A stretch of 64,000 bases of DNA from the NCBI GenBank assembly GCA_963825815.1, contig CAWGVB010000008.1:10444-74443 (forward strand), given 5' to 3'. This document shows, in pieces, positions 51,108-59,138 of this stretch (the stretch's first letter is position 1; the number at the start of each line of letters is the position of its first letter). The DNA comes from an uncultured Gemmatimonadales bacterium. GTDB lineage: Bacteria; Gemmatimonadota; Gemmatimonadetes; Gemmatimonadales; GWC2-71-9. The notes under the pieces were generated by a model. The model ran no database searches. It was given only the letters and a program-made list of their open reading frames with translations, and was not told the DNA's origin. The position numbers and the translations under genes are program-made.

Positions 51108-51393
51108 GAAAGCGCGGCCGTGCAGGATCGGAGAAGTCCAGCCATTCCCAGGGAATGGCGCGGGTCCGATAGCGTCGCGCAAGGCCGACCGCCTTCAGGG
51201 TGGGGAGCTGTGCCGCCATGCCGAAGAGTCGGGCTCTCAGTCCCAGCTCGCTCAGGACGACCTCTCGCACGAGATACTCATCCCCATCCGGCTCGGCCCG
51301 CACATCTTCGATTCGTCCCACCGGCCGCCCGGCGGCGGTTCGCACCACCCGCCCCAGCAGGTCTTCCAGATAGATCTCCCGACTCACCATGGT
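51055..51393 (-). CDS. PRC-barrel domain protein
   Basis: MVSREIYLEDLLGRVVRTAAGRPVGRIEDVRAEPDGDEYLV... The C-terminal ~20 aa (..GEEREGGAEGRRGGE) translate the octamer repeat, so the true stop is uncertain. Confidence 0.55.
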   Translation of the reverse strand, partial: TMVSREIYLEDLLGRVVRTAAGRPVGRIEDVRAEPDGDEYLVREVVLSELGLRARLFGMAAQLPTLKAVGLARRYRTRAIPWEWLDFSDPARPRFREGEEREGGAEGRRGGE

Positions 51394-51746
51394 CAGGCAC
51401 CCGGAATGCGGCGCACGACACGATCTCGGATCCAGTGCTCCCATGGCATCGCGTCGGCAGCCGCGAAGTCGACCTTTACGTCCACTCCGATCTTTTTCAC
51501 CTGCGGCCAGGGGATGCGGATCGGCTCAACCCGGGCAGGAGGCAATCCGTGGGTCAGCCTTCGGACCCATCCTTCTATCCGAGGGTGCAGCCGACGGGAC
51601 AGCAAGTGGCCGCCGGTGAGGACGGCCGCGACACGGGCCGGCTTGCCTTCGCGCAACTCCAGCGCGATGCCATCCACCTTGCCCATGTTCAGATCATTCC
51701 GGTCCACCAGCTGCTGGTCGAGTACCTGCCGGCCGAGGTCTATCAT
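51393..51746 (-). CDS. PRC-barrel domain protein
   Basis: MIDLGRQVLDQQLVDRNDLNMGKVDGIALELREGKPARV... The ATG overlaps the NRAMP TAA by 1 nt, and the stop overlaps the next start. Confidence 0.55.
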   Translation of the reverse strand: MIDLGRQVLDQQLVDRNDLNMGKVDGIALELREGKPARVAAVLTGGHLLSRRLHPRIEGWVRRLTHGLPPARVEPIRIPWPQVKKIGVDVKVDFAAADAMPWEHWIRDRVVRRIPGA

Positions 51747-52962
51747 TACCCCCCCATCAGTTGAAGCGGGATGGCCACCAGCGCAATGAGAGACGCCAGG
51801 AGGCTGATCACGATCACCGCCGCATTGCCGATCCAGTGATTGCCGATCTCGCCACAGTAATCGCTGTCGTTCATCAGGACGAGGAAGGGAAAGGTGACGA
51901 TGGGAAGAGTCAACGAGGTTAGCGCCATGGAGAAGAGCGTCAGCTTCAACGGATCCAGGCCCAGCACGATCAACAGCGTGGCCATAGCGATCATGATGGT
52001 ATAGGTCAGGCTGAACCGGGCCGCATCCCGTGGGTGTACGCTCTCCCCCCAGTTCCATCCCAGCCCCTGGGCAAATGAATAGGCGGTGGCAAGGCTCAGC
52101 TCCAACGCGGCGCCAAGGCAGCTGACGAGAAGTGTCGCGGCGAAGAGATAGAAACCCCAGCGCCCCAGTGGCCCGGTGAGTAACAACCCCAACTGTTCGA
52201 AGCGGTCGGGCTGGATTCCGGCTGGCTGCAGCACCAGCGCGGCAACGATCATTACGGCGATACACAAGACACAGCCAAAGCTCATCCCCACCGTGGCGAC
52301 CGCGCGGTTCACGCCGATCTCATCCACTCCCCAGTGGTCCTCGATCGCTCCCGACGAATAGAAGTAGAAGAGGTAGGGGCTGATCACCGCGCCCAGAATG
52401 CTCACGGCGGTGAACCAGTAGTGCACCGGTCGTTCCGCCGGCAGGGTGAGCGCCAGCCCGGCCACGACGTCGTGACCAGTCCGGATGGAGCTTCCAGGCG
52501 GCGACCAGAGAAAGCCAGCGCCACCATCCCCAGCAGTGACACCCCGTTTTCGATCAGCCCGAAGCTGCCCTTCCAGAGCAGGAGCCAGGTCAGAATACCG
52601 GTGGGGAGAGCCCACCAGCGGAAGCCAATCCCGGTCACCAGCTGAAGGGCGAGGCTCATCCCGCCGATTTCGGCCGCCAGCACGAGCACGTTGACCAGCA
52701 CGTCGCTGACCAGCGTCAGCATGAACACCCGGGGGCCAAAGCGCTCCCGCATCGCGTCCTTGATCGTATGATGACTGAGGGCGGCCAGCCTGCCGGACAT
52801 CTCCACCAGGAAGATGACGCAGATCGTCCCCAGCACGACGGCCCAGATGAGCTGAAACCGAAACGACGCGCCCGCCTCGGCCGCGGTGGCGATGGCACCG
52901 ACCTCGAGAAAGCCGCCTATACTGGTGAAGATGCCGAGCGCGATCTTGAGCAGCTTGCTCAT
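51746..52962 (-). pseudogene. NRAMP-family divalent metal transporter, one frame break near 52480
   Basis: ORF 52402..52962 (MSKLLKIALGIFTSIGGFLEVGAIATAAEAGA..) continues in the C-terminal two-thirds of ORF 51746..53278 (..ISPYLFYFYSSGAIEDHW..). Confidence 0.8.
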
Positions 52963-53278
52963 GAAGGGCTCGGGTCGGGCAGGCCGAGCAACACGGCCAG
53001 CCGGTGGATGGCCTGGTCCAGTGCTGCGCGCTCATGGGCCGGCAGCCTTCTGCCACTCCGGGGTACCAGCCTCGGTCTTTCTGCTCTCCACCGCCGCCGC
53101 AACGATCTGGCGGCCATACACCCGTGGAGCAGCACCCCGCTGGACCGCATCGGTGGTCTTCTCGACCGTCGCCGTCCAGGACTGCACGGTGCGACGCGCG
53201 AGCTGCAGCCTTCTCCTGCGGCGAAGGACCGCAGCCGAGCAGCAGACAGCGCCCGCGATAGCGGTGACTAGTCAACAA
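52959..53278 (-). pseudogene. possible small lipoprotein, about 2 frame breaks (weak call)
   Basis: A TTG at 53278 gives ..RGRCLLLGCG (lipobox). Plausible sense appears only after stitching three frames (..TVQSWTATVEKTTDAVQRGAAP.., ..ERAALDQAIHRLAVLLGL..). Confidence 0.25.
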
Positions 53279-53291
53279 GTGACACGTCCGA

Positions 53292-53367
53292 GGTTAGCGA
53301 GTAAGCGGTAAGAGAGAAGCAGGAGCAACAAGGGCAGGCCTCGTACCGCTCACCTCTCACCTCTCAC
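53292..53367. repeat. GGTRAGC-family heptamer inverted repeat after the cytochrome c gene
   Basis: Left arm GGTTAGC GAGTAAGC GGTAAG AGAGAAGC. The right arm is TACCGCTCAC CTCTCAC CTCTCAC, with reverse complement GTGAGAG GTGAGAG GTGAGCGGTA. The right arm begins at the stop codon 53364-53366. Confidence 0.65.
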
Positions 53368-53730
53368 TTTAGGGTGTAGAGATAACTCGCGATGTCCCGG
53401 GCGGCGGTTCGGTGAGACCGACATCGGGCATTGCCGTCAGTGGAGTCGACCTGCTGCGGGTGGTGGATCCACCGAATCAGGTTGGAGGGGGTGTTGGTCA
53501 GAACGCCGGCAATGTATGGCCGCCCGCTGATGCCCGGCGAGCGCTGGACCAACCGTGGCTCGCGCACCGGGAACGCCGGGAATGGTGTGACAGGTGCCGC
53601 AGCCGTACTGCCGGATGGCCAGTGCGCCGCGTTGCGGAATTCCGCCGGTGATCTGGGTGGCGGCAGCCGGCGTCATGGCGGTGCTTCGTTTACACCCTGC
53701 CAGCGTGAGCGCCGCAAGCATAACCGTCAC
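53364..53730 (-). pseudogene. small c-type cytochrome lipoprotein, about 3 frame breaks
   Basis: ORF 53437..53847 (..VMLAALTLAGC.., ..YGCGTCHTIPG..) continues in ORF 53364..53567 (..RPYIAGVLTNTPSNLIRWI..ARDIASYLYTLK). A further shifted stretch (PLTAMPDVGLTEP) is needed. The start is approximate. Confidence 0.6.
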
Positions 53731-53762
53731 AACGCCGGTGGCTCCGGCTCTCGCGGGGACGG

Positions 53763-54602
53763 TTACGCCTTCGCCCCGGTACGCCGGAGCCAGCTGGCGG
53801 CGATGGCCAGTGCCGCCACCAGGTACGCCACCCCGGCGGGAATCCACATGATCAACCCGGCAAGCTGCTGATCTTCCAGCGGAGTCAGTCCCCAGGGAGC
53901 CGTACTGGACTGGTACAACGGGTACCAGACGCGGTCACTGAAGGTCAGCAAGACTCCGAGCAGGCTGGTGTGCAGCGCCGTAGTAAAGAGGTAAAGGATG
54001 GCGGCGGGGCGCCCCAGGCGGCCTTCGCGCACCCGAAGCAGCGACCACCAGAACAGCAGGGCAGATCCCAGGAAGCTCAGGTGTTGGGCCGTATGAATCA
54101 GATCGCTGTCCAGGGTGGCCTGAAACAGTGCGGGCACGTGCCAGAGCCAGATCGCGACGGCGTGAACCGTCCACGCCACCGCCGGAAGCGTCAGGAGATG
54201 CCAGGTGCGCTGCACCGAGGGACGGGCTGAAATACTGCCGGCGGTTCTGCGCCATGGCATCGGGACCGCCCACAGAAAGGCAACGATTGGCCGGCCGAGC
54301 ACCAGCAGCGGAGCCGCGACAACCATGAGCAGTTCGTGCTGGGCCATGTGAGCGGAGAACAGCGCCTCGCCCAACAGGTGCAGCGGTGAGACCAGTGCCA
54401 CCGCCAGGCTGGCCCAGCCCAGGCCAAAGAGCAGCGCCTCGCACCGGCGGATGCCGTGTCCCGACCCGGCGTTGCGCCACAGCCGCCTGATTCCGCTCGA
54501 GTACAACCAGGCCGTGAGCCCAAGGCCGGCCACCACCCCCGGCTCCAGGCTCCAGGCGGTCCAGAAATTTTGCGGGCTAATCAGTTCGGTCGAATGAACC
54601 AT
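53763..54602 (-). CDS. ctaG: cytochrome c oxidase assembly protein (caa3-type CtaG)
   Basis: Intact 279-aa polytopic ORF with ..FSAHMAQHELLM.., ..HTAQHLSFL.. and ..LEDQQLAGLIMWIP... Confidence 0.8.
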   Translation of the reverse strand: MVHSTELISPQNFWTAWSLEPGVVAGLGLTAWLYSSGIRRLWRNAGSGHGIRRCEALLFGLGWASLAVALVSPLHLLGEALFSAHMAQHELLMVVAAPLLVLGRPIVAFLWAVPMPWRRTAGSISARPSVQRTWHLLTLPAVAWTVHAVAIWLWHVPALFQATLDSDLIHTAQHLSFLGSALLFWWSLLRVREGRLGRPAAILYLFTTALHTSLLGVLLTFSDRVWYPLYQSSTAPWGLTPLEDQQLAGLIMWIPAGVAYLVAALAIAASWLRRTGAKA

Positions 54603-54605
54603 CTC

Positions 54606-54643
54606 CTGTCCTCGTCCCGTCTTTCCCGTCCTTCCCGCCCTTT
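54606..54643. repeat. C-rich (sense-strand G-rich) 8-9-nt periodic tract in the spacer upstream of ctaG
   Basis: The minus strand reads GGGCGGGAA GGACGGGAAA GACGGGAC GAGGACAGGAG then ATG. It contains GGG-N1-GGG-N6-GGG-N6-GGG (plus-strand C-runs 54616..54640). Confidence 0.6.
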
Positions 54644-55016
54644 ATTGACACGGACTCAGCACGAAGCTGGGGATCCATTGCGCCACGATCACCATGACGA
54701 TGAAGAGGCTCAGCAGAAGCCCCACCCCCGCCATGAAGCGGCTCCGGGAGAGCCGCCCTCCGGCCCCACCAGGCCAGATCTCCCCCGTCAGTCTCCAGCT
54801 TCGCCAGGCAGTCAGAGCACCAGCGGCGGCAAGGAAGAGACAGACCAGGTGGACGATATGCATCAGGAGCCGGGTTCCAGTCGAGCACGCGGTGGGAACC
54901 AGCGCGTACGCCACCTCCAGATTGAGCAGGAACGCCGCGGGTGCCAGCAGCAGTCCCGCCCACAGGGCCCTCAGCTCCCCGGCGTCGGGTATGTCGGTGC
55001 GCGAGTCTACGGTCAT
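54642..55016 (-). CDS. hypothetical 4-TM membrane protein within the oxidase operon
   Basis: Intact 124-aa hydrophobic ORF between ctaE and ctaG. I recognise no motif. Confidence 0.5.
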   Translation of the reverse strand: MTVDSRTDIPDAGELRALWAGLLLAPAAFLLNLEVAYALVPTACSTGTRLLMHIVHLVCLFLAAAGALTAWRSWRLTGEIWPGGAGGRLSRSRFMAGVGLLLSLFIVMVIVAQWIPSFVLSPCQ

Positions 55017-55031
55017 GCCGCTTCTACCCGG

Positions 55032-55641
55032 TCACATGAAGTAGGGCGAAAGGAACACCGCGATATAGAGCGGGATCCATACGCCCGTCAGGAAGTACCA
55101 GTACAGTGCGTTGTCGCTCACTCCCGAGAGATCCCGCTCCTCCACCTGACTCCCGAACATGAGCCTGGTAATCGCGAGCGTCTCGGCCGCTTCCAGCAAC
55201 AGCAGCGTACTGTGGGAGAAAACGACAGCCCATGCCGCCGAGCCGTAGGCGCTGGTGTCCCAGCGGACCTTGAGCGCCCGGAACTCATAGACCCGGAGCA
55301 CGCACATGAGCAGGATCAACAACGAGCAGATCACCAGTCCGGTACGCACCGTAGCGAGGTCCATCCGGTGGGTCGCCCGATCCACCCAGCGCATCGGGAC
55401 CATGCTCAGCAGCATCACCAGCGACCTGGATCGTCGGTATCACCAGCCCGGGCCGATAGATGTGCTGCGGCGGCCAACTGGTGAAGTTCCGGCGGAGGTA
55501 GAAATACGTCACCGCGCAGATGAACAGCGTGGTGCCCTCGATGATGATGAACCCCATCGTGCCCCACCACATCAGGGACCGGTTGCCGAACACGGTCCGG
55601 GGAAGATGCCGCACATCGGCGACGGCACGGGTGGCTCTCAT
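55032..55641 (-). pseudogene. ctaE: cytochrome c oxidase subunit III, one frame break near 55425
   Basis: ORF 55285..55641 (..SLMWWGTMGFIIIEGTTLF..) continues in ORF 55032..55418 (..SAYGSAAWAVVFSHSTLLL.., ..YWYFLTGVWIPLY..). Confidence 0.8.
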
Positions 55642-57576
55642 GCCTCACTCTCCACCAGCTGCTGCTCCCGCTTGTCCCGTCCCCTGGGCCAGCCCCAACC
55701 GAGCAGGGCCAGCAGGAACAGGGGCGTCCCGATGACCGCGCCCCAGGGCGTGAAGATCAGGGTGACGAACAGAATCGTGGTGGCGATGGCGGTCAGCAGC
55801 GGCCAGATGCTGGGATTGGGATGCCGGTGCTTGCTGTCCGGCTCCGCATCCAGCAGGGTGGTGACCAGCGTATCCCGCACATCGGTTCGCAGACCGGTGA
55901 CCACCGGCATCTCCCCGGTGTTGTCCCACAGGGGGGAGCGGCTCTCCACCACCGGCGGATACTCGAAGTTGTAGTGCGGGGGCGGCGAGGTGGTGGCCCA
56001 CTCCAGCGTCTCTCCGCCCCAGGGATCGTCGCCCGCCAGCAGTCCGCCGCGGTAACTCCGGACGACATTGATCACGAAGATCAGCATGCTGATGGCGATG
56101 GTCACTGCGCCTATGGTCGCCAGCAAGTTCAGATCGCCCCAGCCGGTCTCCGGCAGATAGGTATAGACCCGGCGCGGCATGCCTTCGAACCCAAGCTGGT
56201 GCATGGGGAAGAAGGTGACATTCATCCCGATGAAGAACAGCCAGAAATTCCACCGGCCCAGCCGCTCGCTCAGCATCCGGCCGGTCACTTTGGGAAACCA
56301 GTAGTAGAAGGCCCCGAAGAGGGGAAAGACAGCGCCGCCGATCAGGACGTAGTGGAAGTGGGCCACGATGAAGTAGGAGTCATGCACCTGCTGGTCGAAC
56401 GGCACCGAGGCGACCATCACCCCGGTAAACCCGCCGATGATGAAGAGCAGGACGAATCCGAGCACGAACAGAAACGGCACCGTGAACCGGGGCCGCCCCG
56501 CATCAGATAGTGGCGATCCAGCAGAAGATCTGGATCCCGCTCGGAATGGCGATCATCATGCTGGCGCCGGTGAAGAAGCTCTCGCCCAGCTGGGGCAGCC
56601 CGGTGGCGAACATGTGATGCACCCAGAGACCGAACCCGAGGAAACCGGTGGCGATCATCGAGAGCACCATGACCGGATAGCCGAACACCGGCCGGCGGGT
56701 GAACGTGGCGATGATGGACGACACGAAACCCAGCGCCGGAATGAAGATGATGTAGACCTCGGGATGGCCGAAGAACCAGAACAGGTGTTGCCAGAGGAGG
56801 GCGTCGCCACCTTCCGCCGGATTGAAGAAGTGGGTCGCGATCAGCCGGTCCATCGCCAAGAACTGCGTCGCGGTGGCCACCCAGGGCATCGCGAACAGGA
56901 TCATGAAGGCCTGCACCAGCATGGCCCAGACGAAGAGCGGCATCCGGTTGAGCGTCATGCCCGGCGCCCGGTTCTTGAAGATGGTGACGATCAGCTCGAC
57001 CGATCCGACCAGCGCCGCGATCTCGGTGAAGGTGATCGCCTGGGCATACACATCGGCCCGCTTGCCCGGACTGAACTCCGGTCCGGACAGAGGTACGTAC
57101 CCGAACCAGCCAACGTCGGGGCCGGTGTTCATGAAAAACATCAGGTAGAGGAAGATGCCGCCACAGAGATAGACCCAATACCCATAGGCGTTGAGCCTGG
57201 GGAATGCCACGTTGCGGGCGCCAATCATCAGCGGAACGAAGTAGAGCCCCATTGCCTCCATGATCGGAACGGCAAAGAGGAACATCATCGTCAGCCCGTG
57301 CATGGTGAAGAACTGATTGTAGGCGTCCGGGCCCAGGAGAGTGTTCTCCGGCCGGGACAGCTGGGCGCGCATGGTCGCGGCTTCCAGGCCCGCCAGCACG
57401 AAGAAGATGAAGGCGGTGACGATGTATCGCTTGGCGACGGACTTGTGATCGACGCTCCTCAGCCAGTGCCAGAGCCCGGGAGGCTGGGCCCAGGTCTGCT
57501 CCAACTCGCGCCGGACGCGTTCCTGATCTTCGTACGGCGGAGGAGGCTGAGGAACCGGGGCGGCCGCGGCGCTCAC
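55638..57576 (-). pseudogene. ctaD: cytochrome c oxidase subunit I (with C-terminal extension), one frame break near 56495
   Basis: ORF 56503..57576 (..WFFGHPEVYIIFIPALG..) continues in ORF 55638..56480 (..SYFIVAHFHYVLIGGAVF.., ..GMPRRVYTY..). Confidence 0.9.
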
Positions 57577-58550
57577 TTAAGAGTCTCCAGGTATGCCAGC
57601 AAAGCCTGCAGATCAGCCGGTTCCAGCTGATTGGGCGGCATGCGCGTCCCCGGTTTGATCTTCTGCGGGTCCAGGATCCAGCCGGCCAAATTTCCCCGGG
57701 TATTGGGCAAGGTGCCCGCGGCTATAGTCCGCCGGCTGGCGAGATGGGTCAGGTCAGGGCCCACCCGGCTTCCGGCGGGAGTGCCCGCAATGGCGTGACA
57801 CATGACGCAGCTCGAGGCGAGAAATACTTCCTGGCCCCGGCGGGCGAGCTCAGTGGTTGGGGTGAGAGCGGTATCCCGCTGTGCGGCAAGCCAACTGGCA
57901 AAGCTGTCCGGGCGTTGGGCAATGACCAGAAAGGCCATCTTGGCGTGCTGCTGCCCGCAGTACTCGGCGCACTGGCCCCGGTAGACCCCGGGCGTGTCGG
58001 CCTGAAGCCAAAGGCTGTTGTCCTTGCCCGGTATCAGGTCTCGCTTCTGGCTTACCGTGGGCGGCCAGAAGCTGTGAATCACGTCAGTGGAGAGAAGCTC
58101 CAGCGCAACAGGCCGCCCGACCGGGATGTGCAGCTCATTGGCCGTGGTGAACCAGTTATGCGCCACCGAATCGCGGTACTGCAGCTCCCACCACCACTGG
58201 TGGCCGATGACCCGGACTTGCAACGCGTCTTTGCCGAGCCCGCGAGTGAGCTGCCGGCCCACCGCGACATCGTAGACCAGAAATCCGAACAGGATCAGCA
58301 CGGTCAACGCCGTCGCGATGCTCACCGCGGTGGTCAGCGATCGCTCCCGTCCGGGGTCGGTTTCCGCAGCTTCGCCGTCGCGGCGGCGGAACGCGGAGAG
58401 GAGCAGCGCCAGCACCACCAGGACGAACACCACGGCGGAGACGAGATACATCGCATCCCACAGCCGATCGATCAGCCGGGTCTGCGGACTGCTGGGGTTG
58501 AGGACCGAGTGCGATTGCTGTAGCAGGCTGAGCATGGCCAGCTCCGTCAT
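57573..58550 (-). CDS. ctaC: cytochrome c oxidase subunit II with fused C-terminal cytochrome c (caa3 type)
   Basis: Intact 325-aa ORF with the CuA site HSFW..CAEYCGQQHAKM and the haem c site CVMCH. Confidence 0.9.
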   Translation of the reverse strand: MTELAMLSLLQQSHSVLNPSSPQTRLIDRLWDAMYLVSAVVFVLVVLALLLSAFRRRDGEAAETDPGRERSLTTAVSIATALTVLILFGFLVYDVAVGRQLTRGLGKDALQVRVIGHQWWWELQYRDSVAHNWFTTANELHIPVGRPVALELLSTDVIHSFWPPTVSQKRDLIPGKDNSLWLQADTPGVYRGQCAEYCGQQHAKMAFLVIAQRPDSFASWLAAQRDTALTPTTELARRGQEVFLASSCVMCHAIAGTPAGSRVGPDLTHLASRRTIAAGTLPNTRGNLAGWILDPQKIKPGTRMPPNQLEPADLQALLAYLETLK

Positions 58551-59095
58551 TGCCGCTCAGCCGAAGGGGGAACAGCTGTCCGCACCGGCTTGGCCTTGTC
58601 GGCGGCCTGCTCCTGGCTCCGCACTTGCATATCGTCGTTGCGTCCAGTCGCCACGTCTTTGCGCAGCAGCCCGCTCATGGAGCGCACGTAGGCCACGATC
58701 TGCCAGATCTGGTCAGGATTGATCTTGCCACCGAACGAAGGCATGCCGTTAGGCCTCCCCTCGGCGATGGTCTCGAAGATGTTCTCCGGCCTGCTGCCGT
58801 AGACCCACTCTTCGTCCATCAGCGGTGGACCGATTCCACCACCGCCCTGAAAGTGACACCCGGAGCAGTTGAACTGATTGTATAACGTCTTTCCCTGAGA
58901 GACCCCGTACGCATTCTGCTCGTACGGCCCATTGATCGAGGCACTTCGAACCGGAGGCCCCGGCTGCAACCCGCTCTCGCGAGCGGCCGGCATGGTGGAC
59001 GTGGCGCTCGGTGGCATACCTGAGAAGTTCCGCTCCTCCCGCTGGCAGGCCACCAGCGTCAGGCCAAACAGACACATGCGGGCCGTTCTTCTCAT
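58547..59095 (-). CDS. c-type cytochrome lipoprotein
   Basis: Start MRRTARMCLFGLTLVAC at 59095, haem site CSGCH, and ..GMPSFGGKINPDQIWQIVAYV... Its stop overlaps the ctaC start. Confidence 0.8.
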   Translation of the reverse strand: MRRTARMCLFGLTLVACQREERNFSGMPPSATSTMPAARESGLQPGPPVRSASINGPYEQNAYGVSQGKTLYNQFNCSGCHFQGGGGIGPPLMDEEWVYGSRPENIFETIAEGRPNGMPSFGGKINPDQIWQIVAYVRSMSGLLRKDVATGRNDDMQVRSQEQAADKAKPVRTAVPPSAERQ

Positions 59096-59102
59096 GACTT
59101 CG

Positions 59103-59134
59103 GCCCCGCTGCCCCGCTGCCCCGCCGCCCCGCA
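59103..59134. repeat. four tandem octamers GCCCCGCY; a G4-N4-G4-N4-G4-N4-G4 motif on the sense strand, 7 nt upstream of the cytochrome c start
   Basis: The plus strand reads GCCCCGCT GCCCCGCT GCCCCGCC GCCCCGCA. The minus strand reads GGGG CGGC GGGG CAGC GGGG CAGC GGGG. Confidence 0.8.
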
Positions 59135-59138
59135 GTGT

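Noticed and set aside
54456-55484. 342-aa plus-strand ORF
   Set aside because: It is antisense to ctaG, the membrane protein gene and ctaE, with highly biased composition.
56437-57630. 397-aa plus-strand ORF
   Set aside because: It is antisense to ctaD and is a shadow ORF.
42433-59134. Short periodic arrays as CRISPR arrays
   Set aside because: The units are 7-9 nt and directly tandem, without spacers. No cas genes are present.
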